DNA of 64,000 nucleotides from Psammoneis japonica (lineage: Eukaryota), in assembly GCA_008632985.1 (NCBI GenBank), contig QPGO01000079.1, positions 1 through 64,000 of the forward strand. Direction: 5' to 3'. The notes beneath the pieces are model-generated. The model made no database searches and was not told the DNA's origin. It saw only the letters and a program-made list of their open reading frames with translations. Both the position numbers and the translations under genes were made by a program. How positions within the stretch are numbered: position 1 is the stretch's first letter; every line of letters starts with the position of its first letter. This document shows positions 26,735-39,302 of this stretch, piece by piece.

Positions 26735-27115
26735 ATGATGTTTTTTCGCATTCTCACGCTTGCCGTTCTGGCCATTTCGGTTTCCTCGTGGGAGGATTTG
26801 GCGACGGAGGAAGGCTTTCGCCTTTTAACGGGAGAAGCCAAGAAGAAGGGAGGCGAACGTGATAAGAAGTCCAAGGTGCCAAAGAGGTTTCGTAAGCTGA
26901 CCAAAGAACCCAAGGGTGCCAAGAAGGAATCCAAATCACCGAGAAAGTCTTCCAAGGCACCCAAGGGAAGCACGACGCCCAAAGCCAAGGTTCCGAAATC
27001 CTCCAAGGCACCCAAGGGAAGCAAGACGCCCAAGACCAAGGTTTCGAAATCATCAAAGGCGCCACGTGTCGGCAAGAGTACGAAGGGACCCAAGGGAAAG
27101 AAGAAGAGCCCCTGA
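26735..27115 (+). CDS. Secreted Lys/Ser-rich silaffin-like protein
   Basis: Signal peptide MMFFRILTLAVLAISVSS, RLL (RxL) motif, then 17-aa repeats KSSKAPKGSxTPKxKV rich in KxxK. Confidence 0.7.
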   Translation: MMFFRILTLAVLAISVSSWEDLATEEGFRLLTGEAKKKGGERDKKSKVPKRFRKLTKEPKGAKKESKSPRKSSKAPKGSTTPKAKVPKSSKAPKGSKTPKTKVSKSSKAPRVGKSTKGPKGKKKSP

Positions 27116-27499
27116 AGCTCTCTTTAGAGGCATTTAGATTTTCTGTTTCTTTCAATGCTTCGCTCGTCTGTGTTTTTACGCTTTTCTGCTTTGAGCAAAA
27201 GTCATGCAATGTATAAGTGCAGAAAGTAGACTCATGTTAGGAACAATGAACTGCAAAGAAACTATTCACGGGTTGCTGCAGCGCCATGGACCTGCAAACG
27301 CTCAAGCGCAAAAAAGCAATCACAACCGAACCAATCCGGACCCGTAGCCGGCCCTGCTACCTCGGTTATGACGACTTCAGTGCAAACCACATTGAAAACA
27401 ACGGAAGCCTCAGCCGTGACGTCTACAAATGCCTGTCGAAGAGCCTCTATCAGACGTAACACCAGCACTCTGCAGGAGATGCAAAGGCAAAACTTGCCT

Positions 27500-28401
27500 T
27501 GACACACACAGCGACGCCTTTAGTGTCGAGGGTAATCTCGAAGCGCATCATGGATTTCGTGTTTTTGTTTGCCATGCCTCCAAGTTCTCAATCCTTAAAA
27601 AGATCCCAATCAGTAAAGTACGCCGGGACCCAGCTTGGATTAGAGATCTCGTTAAAAAGAGGCGAACGCATGACTTGCCCCTCTTCGTTAACACTGCTCT
27701 TTTCAAATGCATAGTTCAGGACTTTATGCAGAAGGACTGGCGCCCACCTTTGTTGAAGTTGGTAGACGAGACCGCAAAGCTGACACAAGTTACGGTTTGG
27801 TGTCATTGGCGAAGAAGAAAAGCTCCAAAGATTTCCACAACTACGGACATGGTTGCTTCATCGTATGCAGACTGTCATCGACGACATGATACAGGACCTT
27901 CGTGTAAATGTATCGGAGTTCCTTGACAGTGAGGAAACATTCCCATACTCGCAAAATCATTACTTAAACGAAACCGCATCTCGCCTGTGGTCCGAAAGAC
28001 TACAGGGTGATTTGATGGAAGCTCTTGGATTGACCGACATAATGCAAGATACAAGCGCCTCATTGACGATGGAGGGTACGAAGAGTACAATCATGGCCAT
28101 TTTTGAGCGAGACCAGAAAATTTCGGTTGAAGAGCACATGGCGGAAGACATGCAGCATGCGTTGGATGCCTATGGCAAGGTGCGCATGAAGCATTTTCTT
28201 GATGTCATTCCGATGAAATGCGGGAAGGTGTTTTTGGAGTTCGCTGAGAAAGCCAACAACGCCATAGCGGTGCACCTTACGGACGAGGAACTTGAACGCC
28301 TCGTGTGCGTCTCATCCGATGACATAATCAAACAGAAAAGCCTCAGGCGTAAGCACGAAGAGCTTGAAGCTAGACTGAAGGTCTTTGACGACCTTATTTA
28401 A
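27500..28401 (+). pseudogene. Mx/dynamin-like GTPase, C-terminal (middle/GED) fragment, frameshifted
   Basis: RRTHDLPLFVN...DWRPP, PYSQNHYL and ALDAYGKVRMKHFLDVIPM are present. No GTPase domain upstream; frame break near 27800. Confidence 0.7.
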
Positions 28402-28585
28402 AACCGATAGACACCATTTCAGTGGTTGTGGTTTCGACTGCGAAGCGTAGGTGTAGAGACGGGAGACAGACATGTAACAAGATAGTTAGTTCTTGATTTC
28501 AGAGTATCGGTTCATTGTGACGATTGAAAAGAGTGCAAAGCAAAGCAGCACCTTGAGCTCGGCAGCCCACTAAACTCACACTCGT

Positions 28586-29983
28586 TCAAACGGCGCCATA
28601 GTTTACATCGGTTCCCGCCTTGTCGGCGAAAACTTCCTTAACATTGGATCTCTGACTGCCAACCAAAGGATCACTTTCCTCTTCTGTATCATAGACGTGC
28701 CTATGAATCGAATCTGTAAGTTTCTTGGAGTCCACAAGGAATTGGCCAGTAGTAAAGTAGAAACCGACAGAAGTCAGGAGTCCGAAAATCATTCCGTTCG
28801 TAATGCTGTAGGTGAGCGGCATGAGAATGATCGTCAAGAACGCCGGTAGAGCATCACTCATGTTGTGCCACTTGATCTTGGCCGATTCTCCCATCATCAT
28901 TACACCCACAAGCACCAATACGGGTGCCGTTGCGCTGCTCGGGACAGCGCTGAACAAAGGAGCCAAGAAAATGCTGGCAGCAAAATACAATCCAATGACC
29001 GCGGCTGTCAGGCCAGTTCTACCCCCTTCCTTGACTCCGGCGGCGCATTCGACGCAAACAATGATTGGTGTAGACCCGAGAAAAGCCGCGACAAGAGTAC
29101 CCGCCGCCGAAGCCATGAATGCCCAAATCGATCCTGGAATCGTGCCATCCTCTCGAATAATCCCACCTAGGGTCGCCAACCCAAACATGACTCCAGAGAT
29201 ATCAAAGATACAAATTAGAATAAAAGCTCCAATCGCTGGATATAGCACTGACGCTTGTACAGAAAATACACCAAGTGGTTGTATATAGTCATTGTTGTGA
29301 TACGTAGGAATATCAATCACCGAGTCCGGCCAGTTGTTGTTCATAATCCAGTCAACAACAGTCAGTAGTGCAATACCAATCAAAATGGCACCCTTGATAT
29401 CGTGATAGAGCAATGATGCAACAAAAAGCGTTCCAGCCAGTGCCAACTGGAGAGGAGGGTCTGACAAGTCGCCAAGGTCGACCAGTGTCTTTTCGTTGGC
29501 GACGATCAAACTCACACTAACCATTCCAATCATGGCTATGAGCAATCCCATCCCAACAACGATCGCGTACTTGATTGTTTCTGGAACAATTTTCATGAGT
29601 AATGCGGACAGTCCTACAAGAGTCACTGTCGCAACAAGAATACCCGACCACCAACAAATCGTCAAAGCCTGTTCAAGCGTACAGTCGCCGGCTTGAACTA
29701 GTCCGTATGTTAGAAAAGCGCTGAGACCAATGCCCGGGGCACAGCCAAAGGGCAGGTTCCCACAAAGTCCAACAATAAAACATGCGGTTGCAGCCGAAAG
29801 TGCCGTAGCAAAGACTGCGTCGTCGTGGTCAACACCAGCTTCAGCCATAATCTGCGGATTCACCAGTAACAGATAGCTCAGCGTCAGAAAGGAAGCAGTC
29901 CCCGCACGGACTTCACTGATAACATCTGTGCCGCGTTCACTCAGCCGAAAGAACGAGTCAAGGCGATCTGCGACTGAACTCAT
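28586..29983 (-). CDS. AzgA/AZG-type purine permease (NCS2 family)
   Basis: 465-aa intact hydrophobic ORF with SEVRAGTASFLTLSYLLLVNP, APGIGL, ECAAGVKEGGRTGLTA and MPLTYSITNG. Confidence 0.95.
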   Translation of the reverse strand: MSSVADRLDSFFRLSERGTDVISEVRAGTASFLTLSYLLLVNPQIMAEAGVDHDDAVFATALSAATACFIVGLCGNLPFGCAPGIGLSAFLTYGLVQAGDCTLEQALTICWWSGILVATVTLVGLSALLMKIVPETIKYAIVVGMGLLIAMIGMVSVSLIVANEKTLVDLGDLSDPPLQLALAGTLFVASLLYHDIKGAILIGIALLTVVDWIMNNNWPDSVIDIPTYHNNDYIQPLGVFSVQASVLYPAIGAFILICIFDISGVMFGLATLGGIIREDGTIPGSIWAFMASAAGTLVAAFLGSTPIIVCVECAAGVKEGGRTGLTAAVIGLYFAASIFLAPLFSAVPSSATAPVLVLVGVMMMGESAKIKWHNMSDALPAFLTIILMPLTYSITNGMIFGLLTSVGFYFTTGQFLVDSKKLTDSIHRHVYDTEEESDPLVGSQRSNVKEVFADKAGTDVNYGAV

Positions 29984-30169
29984 TTTGATGGTATGATTAT
30001 AAAAGTTATGGATCTGATGAAAGGACCTGCGTTTTGCTTTTACTTCTCAACATCAACCGAGAAGAAGAAGCGACGGTAGTGTCGAAAAATTCTTGAGAAA
30101 AAGATCTCAAAAGACCCGGAGTGTGCGGGTCGAATCTTTCATTTTGCGCGGGAGAATACATCAACTTTG

Positions 30170-32700
30170 AAGAACACCTCTCATTTCACAAAAAGACACA
30201 ACGCTCCACCGCCGTTGCGGTGGTGTTGCTACCTCCAACACTTTTGTTCTTACAGCGTGCTGTCCCTGCATTGCTGCCTCCTTAGAAACAACCATGTTAG
30301 TTTGCCATGTGCAAGTGTGGCCATGATGTCTTCCTTGTCCGCTGCTTCTTTTGTGTGTGGAGAAGCCGAAGATGTTCTTCGCTCAAAAGTGCCGTGGCTT
30401 TGCTGCTGCAAATGGCGCAGGTGCTTCATCATCGTTGATCCAACAGAAGCCTTGCAAGGAGATGGTGGAAACATCACTGCCTTCAACCAAATGACAAAAA
30501 CTCTTGCACCAAGAGCACAGACTCGAGCTTTGCATCGCGACACAGGACACCTTTTGTGTGCGACGTGGCAGGGCACCTGCACTTTGGCAAATGCAATGGA
30601 GCAGGAGAAGAGCAATGCCTGCATCAAATGTTGGCAATTCACAACTGTGGTGGCAACCTCACCTGGTGGGCTGCACTGAGAGGGGTGGGGGGAGCAGTGC
30701 ACTCCTGGACGAAACACAGCAATTCAGCAGCAGATTTGCTGCATTGAGCCAGCTCGAGCACCCTGTTTGTGGAGCCACCTGGATTGACAAAGACATTGAT
30801 CATCAAGGGCACAGCCCAAATCCCAAGCCAGGAACACTCTGTGATCATTGCTGGTGCTGTGCAACTGTGCTGCCCTTGCTTGGCATGTGAAGATCAAGAA
30901 CATCCAAAGAGACAAATGCAGAGGAGATGGCAGGTGAGTGCTGGGGCACATCATTTCATGACTCACGAAAGACCAAAGTTGTTGTCAGTTGAGTTGGCAC
31001 TGTTTTCTTTGTTGCCACTGTTCTTCAAGCTGACAGCATCACTTTTGACTTCTTTTTGCTTTGTTTGCTCCACCCCACTTGACCCAAGAAACTGGAAAGA
31101 GTGTGCACAGAATCACAGGGGTGTCTGTCACTTTTTGATGAAATCAGATGAGGAGCCATCCCCTCACCTGCAAAAAGGAAGGACTCATGATGGCAAGTGC
31201 ACCCACAGCACCTGCTTGAGTTGGCATGCAATGCAATGCTGTGTGAAATGGTCGGAGGCATCGACACAGCAACCCCATCACCCATCAGAGACATGTGTTG
31301 GCTCAACAAAAACAAATGAGTGTGGTGCAGAGGATCAGGCTCCAAGCTGAAAGCAGAGAGAAAAAGTCTGCTCACCTTGCAAGTTGCAAGCACCACTGTG
31401 GAGCTGAAAATGCAGCTGCCTGTGCAAATGGAGAGAGTCATCTTGCACACACAGACTGCTGTGAACAGCGCCCTTGCTCTCATGGCAAAAGCCATTCGCA
31501 GACATCTGAAAGAGATGTCCAGAGAAGAAAAAAAGAGGTGGGGGCTGAAATCTGAAATGTGGGCAGCCTGCTGGCCAATCATGACAAGGTTGCAAAAGAG
31601 CAGCAGCAGCAAAGAGAGCCCCATGTGCTGTTGGCATGATGTCCAGAGCTGTTTGACAGATGGGGGACCCCACTGTCATCGAGCCCACAACAAGGCTGAA
31701 ATCCAAAATTTGGGCATCCTCACCAATCATGACAAGGTTGCAAAAGAGCAGCAGCAGCAAAGAGAGTCCCATGTGTTGGCATGTCCAGAGCTGTTCAACA
31801 GATGTTTGGCTTGGCCCCTGCTGCTGTCGGCCTGCAACAAGCTGAGCCAACTGAAGAGCAGCAACGGCGCAACTCATCATCCCTCTCAGACAGCTTGTGA
31901 GAAGCAGCTCAGCAGAACACATGTGTGATTGCTTTGCAGAGAGCTAACAGCAACTCAATTGAGAGCTTCTTTGGCCAAGTGTGCACACCCTGCATGTTCT
32001 CCTGAGCCTGGGAGTGCTGCCAGCACTGTGTTTTCTGCAGTGCTGGTTTGGGCACACTCAACCAAGTTTCTTTCTGGTCAGATGGTGATCAACATCTCTG
32101 TCATTTTCCTTGTAAAAGGAAATTGCTTGATGAGATGCTCTGCGAGCACCGCCAGTGTGGCCTCACTTTGTGGGACCTGCCTGGAAGCCTGCTGCAAGAA
32201 GAAAAAAATCAGAGACAAAATGCTGGCTTGACACTCAGCGTGCCACACGACTCAGCTTTCAGACTGCAATGGTGGCATCTGCAATGGGAGTTGCCATCGA
32301 AGACATGATTTGCAAGTTTTCAGTTTTTTGCATGATTTTGTGGGTCGTCTCTGGTGGGATGAAACCACGCACAAACAAGTGGGTGGAAATGATGATGTTC
32401 AATGTCTCAAAGTCGTGCGACGCACACCCAACGTGCAGTGCAAACAACACAAGAATTCTCAGGAAGATTGCAAGTGGAGTCAGAGCACAGTGGGCCCTGC
32501 AGCATGCGGGTGGCTTGGGGAAGACATTCCCATTCCATTGCCCCGCATTTGGGCCCTGCAGCATGCATGTGCTGTGCGCAAATGAGTCAGGGCCCTGAGT
32601 GATGCCAGCTGCTGACTCCTCGATCACCTGTTGTTGCGTGCGTGGGTTGCGGTTCACGTTCATGTTTCTGCCCGCTTTTCCAACGTGGTTCGCACATGCA
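30170..32700. mobile_element. Unclassified hypermutated repeat relic; TpA-depleted domain 2a
   Basis: No TA between 30300 and 31944. Internal duplication at ~31575/~31722. ORFs are Tyr-free and Cys/His-rich in all frames. Confidence 0.55.
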
Positions 32701-32710
32701 ACTTTTCGAG

Positions 32711-35700
32711 CAAAGGGAAAAAAGTGTGTCACAAGTGTGTCAAGTGTGTCAGTGTGCCATGCCATCACGCAAACTCCACACAAACTGCGTCCGGGTGACA
32801 CACACTTGTTTGCTTGTGGGTGACACACTTAAAAACACAAGGGTGGCACACTTGCTGACACACTTTTTCACCGATTTGAATTGCCCCTGACACACTTGTT
32901 TTTCAATTTCTACAGCCCCCTTGCCGGTGCACAAACATGTAGAATGCACAACCAAATTGATGGCGGAAAAGGGAAAAGTGTGTTGTGCAATGTCATGCAC
33001 CAACGTCTGCGCAACCAGAGTTGGACTGGAGTTTTGTGTTTAATCCCGCTGATTTCCGCAGCACTGACCGCGTGGATTTCTACACTGTGCGTTGAATCCA
33101 CGCCTTTTCGCATGATGCGAACCACAAAACATCGAAATGGCAAATCGACGCCGACCAACAGGAGCTTCATTTCTTCCACAACCAACTCTTTCTCTCCTTG
33201 TTTCTGCTCTTCACCAAAACTTGACAAAAACTCTGGTCACACAAAGAAATTGACAGCACTCGTTTTTCTTTTGTGTCTGCCAAATTGTGCCCAGAACACT
33301 GTTTCCACAGGACTCTGGTGCAGATTTTGTGTGGAAACATTGTGGCACGTGGTTGTCACTAATTCTGCTTTGCCATTGGTGAGCACATTGATCCAGTGTG
33401 CTCAGAGCACTTGCACTGGTTGGAGAAAACTACAAAGAACACCAGCTGGGAAAAAGTTGGCTCATTTCTGCACCAACAAACTTTTCTCACAGCAAGCCCA
33501 GGCACCGGTCGCCGCCCCTTTCTGGAAAGCCCCCTGCTCCTCTCCTGTGCAGTGTCGTTCCCCAAGAGGCTGAGAAAGTTTTTTGTTCAGATCTGAGCCC
33601 AGTGCACAGCACTGCTTGGTGAGTTCCATCCACACTTTGCAGCTTCTTGCTGGTCTTTGCATTTTTGCAAAAAGGAAGTCTGACCCACCCGCCGGACGTG
33701 GCGGCCCAATTTTTAATTTTGACAGACAATCTCAACTCAAGCTTGTTCAACAATTTTTTTCTGCTGAAAAACATCATCAGCTGAGCCATGAGCACCTCCA
33801 AGGGTGAGCCTGAGGATGGGCTCACTCCCCCCCCACAAGCACAGCAAGGCTTCTTTGCTCAGTTTGTGCGGCCCAAGCTTTTGCTGGAGAGGATGGAGTT
33901 TGAGCAACGCCAAAGAGACCTGCTTTTGATGGTGAACAATGCAACTGGCACCAATCTTGTGCCTCCTGACCTTTTTGCGCCTTGGCCTGCTCCAGCTCAA
34001 GCCAGCTTTTCGCAAGTGCAGCCCAGCTCCAGCCAACCTGCGGCCCGCAGAGCTCAGGTGTCACAGCTGTTGCCGTCCTCCGTTGGCAGGAAAAGCACCC
34101 AATCACTGGGGCAGGCTCACTCTGCTGCCAAAAGCTTGCCCTCTGCCAAAGCTCCGTCTGGCACTTCAGACCTGGGCCCATTTGCTGCATCTGTCCCTGG
34201 CTTGTCCGACACCAACGTGGGCTTGCCCGAGTTCCCCAACTCCTCTCAAGTGCCAACAAAATTGCATTTCATGTCACTTGGTTACAATGTGCATTGTGAA
34301 AGTGTGGCGTTTGGTTGTGTGTTTGACTCAAGTGCAGCATCACATCACACCATGTGATGTGATGTGATGTGACATGACATTGTGCCACATGACATCACAT
34401 GGCATGATGTTGTGCCAAACAATGTGACCATTTTGTGTCATGTGATGAACTGCATGAATGTCAATTGTCTGTCTCAAGTTCTGCAATTTAGTTTGTGACA
34501 ACATTTCATTTTTTGGTGTCATGTGATGAGCTGCAAAATTGTCAATTGTCTGTGTCAAGTTGTGCAAAATTGTCAGCTGTCTGTGTCAAGTCATGCAATT
34601 TTGTTGAATGCAGAGCGAAGCAAATTCAGACATTGGTTCTGCAATTTTATCCAATGCTCACACCAGGTTAAATTGAAAATTTGCTCATCTCAGGTGAAAT
34701 CACGACACAATTCAAGCGCCATTGCATGCAGCGTGATGGCAAATCCAGACATGGGCTCTTCAACATTTAGCTCATCTCAGCTCATTTTAGGTTAAATTGT
34801 GACATGATGTTGACATGTTAAGTTGCACAATGTCACACGTGAACGAAGTTGTTGTGTGTTTGGCTGAAGTGCAAAATCATGTCATCACATGACACGATGT
34901 GACATGTCATCACATGACATCACATGACATGATGTGACATGACAAACATGGCATGACAACATGTGGGTGTAAATGCCGGTTTGGTGTTGACACATGAAGT
35001 TGCACAATGTCACACATCAAGGAGTTTCTGCACCATCACATGCAGCGTGAGATTTTTTCAGCCTTTGCCAGATCTGGTGGACAAGCCTTCATTGCGTTTT
35101 TCAATTCGGCGCGACTGCTTTTGTCCGGGGCTTTCAACACACAAACCTTCTCTCCTCCAATTCTCTCAAAACAATCCAACATGGTCACCTTTGTTTTGAA
35201 GTCTTTGTCGCTTTTGTGGTGCTCCTGAAACTCAATGTGGCCATGCCATGCCTTGGTCACAGCAGCTGCAGATCAACCTTTAAAAGGATTGGACTTGAGC
35301 TTGTCCTGTTGCTCGTCCTGCGGCTCGCACTGCTCCTCCTGTGGCTCGTCCTGCCTCTGCTGCTCGTCCTGCAACTCCTGCGGCTTGTCATTCTGCCCAT
35401 CCTCCCCATCACCCACCTGCTCATCTTCCTTGGGTTGGTCCTTGTCCCCGACGTGGTGCTGTTTGTAGTTCTTTGGATCCTTGAGATTTCCCTGGGGGGC
35501 AAGTCGGTGCGACAAAATGGCCTTCATTGCCGCCTGCTTTCTCCCTCCATGTTGCGCAACAATGGCATCCTCTGCTGCCGCCGGGCACCTGTTCCTGGGC
35601 TCATTTGCTTCAACAACAGCAACCTCTGGGAAGGCCTTGCCCCCGTGGCCCGCCGGTGCATCTTCTTCTGCCATGCTCTCATGACGGGATTTGTTGGGCT

Positions 35701-36488
35701 TCTTTCCTGTCTTGTTGCTCTTCTTCTTCCTGTGTTTCTGGGGCAACTTTGCCACATTTACGTTGTCAGAGCTGTCAGCAGCAACAGCATCATCAGAGGA
35801 ACTGCAGGCAGAGGAACCGTCAGTGTCCTCAGAGACATCATCATCCAAGTCGCTGTTTGGAGCCGTCTTCCTTTTCTTGTTGGTGCCCTCAGAGACATCA
35901 TTTTTTTCCCTTTTCTTCTGAAGACTCTTCAAGTGCTTCCTCCAGGCCTTGAAGTGCACACATTTAGGGCCATGCTTCTGGCAGCAGCTGGTGAGGGTGG
36001 TGGCTTTCTGGGTGGAACACTCCACCCCATGCTCGGCGGTGCAAGGCAAACAAATGCACTTGGCAGGTGTTTCCTCCACCATGCTGGGTGTCACCATGTT
36101 GTTTGCCCCACCTCCCATGGATGCGGCAAAACAACGGATTCCTCCTTCCCTCATGGAAGTCTTGACAGCTGCCTTTAGCGCACGAAAGTCATTCTTTACA
36201 CTTGACGACATCATGGTCTACCAACACACAAACGATGTGAATGTGAACTTGGACGGTGTGCACCGTAGTGGGTGGCCGCGCGTCAGTTCAGAATTCTGAT
36301 TGCATCGTGTTGTGGTGGTTCCTCTTCACACGCACACGTGGCGGCGTGTGCGGGCCTTCTGTCACTGGACGTCACCGTGACGTTGTTTTGATCGCATTGG
36401 ACGAAACGCGAGCAAAATTGCGCGTAAAAAATTGACACACTTGAGTGACACACTCGTGACACACTAATGACACACTTTTTTCCCTTTT
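32711..36488. mobile_element. ~3.8-kb TIR DNA element (MULE-like?), hypermutated; domain 2b
   Basis: Left end AAAGGGAAAAAAGTGTGTCA and right end TGACACACTTTTTTCCCTTT are perfect inverted termini, with multiple subterminal GTGTGTC/GACACAC repeats. TTCGAG lies in both flanks (degenerate TSD at best). Relic ORF 35273..36214(-). Confidence 0.7.
34336..34963. repeat. Two blocks of degenerate pentamer repeat (TGTGA/CATGA/CATCA), inferred ancestor (TATAA)n/(TTATA)n
   Basis: Blocks at ~34336-34430 and ~34878-34963 have period 5. Most unit variants collapse to TATAA/TATTA when TG and CA are reverted to TA. Confidence 0.75.
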
Positions 36489-36596
36489 CCCCTTCGAGCC
36501 TCGGGACAGCAACACGACGACGTTGTATGTTGTCTTAAAGTCCATCACTCTCATCTCGTTCATTCACACCCACTTCAGCATTTAGTGTCATGACCA

Positions 36597-38606
36597 ATGG
36601 AAGAGCAGGGTCACGATAAAGCGGCTGACGCTGCTGTGGAATCTCAAGGTGATGACGACTCTTCGCATGACCAAAGCATCAACAATGGGAATGTTGGCGA
36701 TCCGGCCCATGAGAATTGCAGAGAGAACCACGTTGCTGCTTCTATACGAAGCTTCGACAGAGAAGGGTTCAGAAGAAGGTCTCGAAACTTATGCTGCGCT
36801 CATGGAATTGAATCGCATTCCATGCCTCTGGCCGTTGCCTTTGTTGCTTTTGCGTTCACCTTTACTGGCAGTTGGTTGTGCTCATTTTTCGTCGGAGCAA
36901 CAACGGGCTTTACAGGCAACAATTATGGTATACGGACGTTAGAAGATATAAATGGGAGTTGCCAGACATGGGACACTCTCTTTTACAACTATACAATCGG
37001 GCCATGGATTGCCACGGGTCGCGTCTTGAGCATGCTTGCCATGGTGCTTGGCTTGTCACTTGTGACGGCCATGTCTCAGGCTCTCAAGTGCAATCTCATT
37101 AGCTGGTCCCTGGGCTTGGGTTTTTTACTCTTTTTCCTTGTGAGTTTTGCAACCTCCCATCAATTCAATACCTTTTCCTTCTTCTTTGTATTCCTCTACA
37201 TGGTTTTGGTGTTGATTGTAAGATCTCTCTTTATCCATCCCGTGCATCGAGTCATTACCAAGAGAGGTTCAAGAATCATCGGTTCTGCCTTGATTCTAGT
37301 GTTCTTTTCCACAATATTGACACTGCTGGTGTTAAAGTCGGACTTTTGTCAGTGTGATCACCTTACAAGCGAGCGCTTGGAGGGACGGCTGGATCCGAAT
37401 CAAGATCCGTGTACCATTGAATGCAAGTTGGGTCCAGCCGGAGGCATGATGATATTTGGTGCAGTCTGCTGGCTGTGCACCTCCGTGGCTGTATTCAAGT
37501 AAGTTGTACAGCCACAAGACTTTGAAACCGAAGAATCACCAATCTATGCGGGTTACTCTACCGATTGTATCACGACACGAGCAAAGAACCTTGGAAAGAA
37601 GCTCACAAGTTCACTTCATTTTAGCCAACGTACGAGAAACGAAACTAGTACTACATGGGATGAATCTGTATCTTCTCGAGGATTCTCTAGGGGAAACTCC
37701 CAAGATAATAGCAGTATTTCAGAAATCGACGCAGAGAATCACAACAATGAAGAGGAAAACCAAGAGTTTCGTAGATCATGCTGCGAAAAGCTGTGCTGTG
37801 ATTTCAGAGTCGAGAAGCGCAACAACAAGGCCTTTTGGTGCTTTCGGGCATTTCTGGGATTTGTGATTATCATATTTTTCGCAGTTTTTGCCGTCCTGGC
37901 TGGTTCCAAGTACGAAAATGGAGTCGCCGAGCGTACACCCAGCACCTCGCCAAGCTTCATTACCAATGTGACATGCGCATTCAATCCCCTCGACCCAGCC
38001 GCCCCCTTTGTCACGTACCAGACTCTAGAGGCAGCTGCCGCAGATGGAATGGTGGTGGCCCACTGTGGCGCATGCGCCCATTGTTCCAATATGGATGATA
38101 TACAGACCTATGTGACGACACGCAAGACAATCACCAAGCAAGCGAAAAGTTGCGGACGCCATGCCGTCATTGGAACGACGTCGGGTTTGGACAAGTGTTT
38201 GAAGGACCGGATTGGCTTCACCCCGAGGTGTCGAAAATGTTGGTCGGAAAACATGAAGTGCGACGCCAAGAAATGCATCTTCACATGCATGAAGACGCTC
38301 TTTACGGGATTTCTTGCCAGAAACAATGTGCCGGAAAGTGGTAATATCGGAAGACTCAATCGGTGTCTGCAATGTGACGAGCGACGATGCGGTACCGCTT
38401 TTGTCAGGTGCTCAGGATCTGCCCGGAGAAGGCTGGGCATTGAAAGTGCCATTGAACGAAACCCCAAAGGCATTTGTCCCTTGGTCAGATTTAAATGGGA
38501 AGACTATGAGTTCCCATACTCAATGACATCGGACACCAGCATGACCGTTGTCTCCTCGCTTTTGCTCCTCATCCTCAACTGCGTCATTACGGCCATAATG
38601 TCGTGA
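36597..38606 (+). pseudogene. Multi-pass membrane protein with C-terminal Cys-rich domain, interrupted by one in-frame TAA (37500-37502)
   Basis: ORFs 36597..37502 and 37863..38606 are in the same frame, and the sequence between them is open after the TAA. Cys-rich motif HCGACAHCSN..D...Y. Confidence 0.75.
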
Positions 38607-39302
38607 TACCGGTAGCACTAATCTGCCCTGCTACTTGGTCACGCCGATCCAAGTAAGCAATGAGATATGTACATATTTAAGTTTTAATCTTTATCATAAT
38701 ATTCGAAAACAATAGAGTATCGCTACGACGGCAATACAATGTCGAGAAATGTTGGTCGAGCAAAAAAGCATGCTGAACTCGCCGCAGAAGAAGAAAACAA
38801 GAATCAAGAGCCAATCGACAGGGAAGCCACGAATAGATGTGTACAGAATTGCAAACCTTCGCTTGGTTTGGAGCTTCCTAAAAATGTGACAAACAAGTGG
38901 ATCTCCCCGATATGCACATACATCATGGAAAGTACGGGCCAAGACCCAGCGTGCCGTTGCATAGCATCAACTCAGAGTAAGCACGGCGTCCGAATAGGCG
39001 TGTTATGATCAAAGTCTCGACTTGAATAAGAAGATAGCCAAGAAGAACGGGACAAGATAAAGGCACGAATCACAGCAATTAAACACAAAGTGCCGGTGGA
39101 CCTTATCGCCATGTCTCGAGACGGCACAATGCTTGACGGTCTTCCGGGTGCAGGATCCAAACTACCGTATCGATTTGATACGGATGTTTTATGAGCACTA
39201 TGTTTGACTTGAAATATGCATCATTCTATACACTGTATGCATTTTTCTACAGTTAGCTGCATGGCATAAGCGTATTCTCTTCTTGTACGAGTTTTCTCCT
39301 TG

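Noticed and set aside
30300..31944. Fungal-type RIP or CpG deamination alone as the cause of the compositional bias
   Set aside because: RIP increases TA and CpG decay does not remove it; here TA is more completely lost than CG.
37500..37502. Stop-codon reassignment or programmed readthrough
   Set aside because: Single instance; other genes end normally at TAA, and neighbouring genes carry other lesions.
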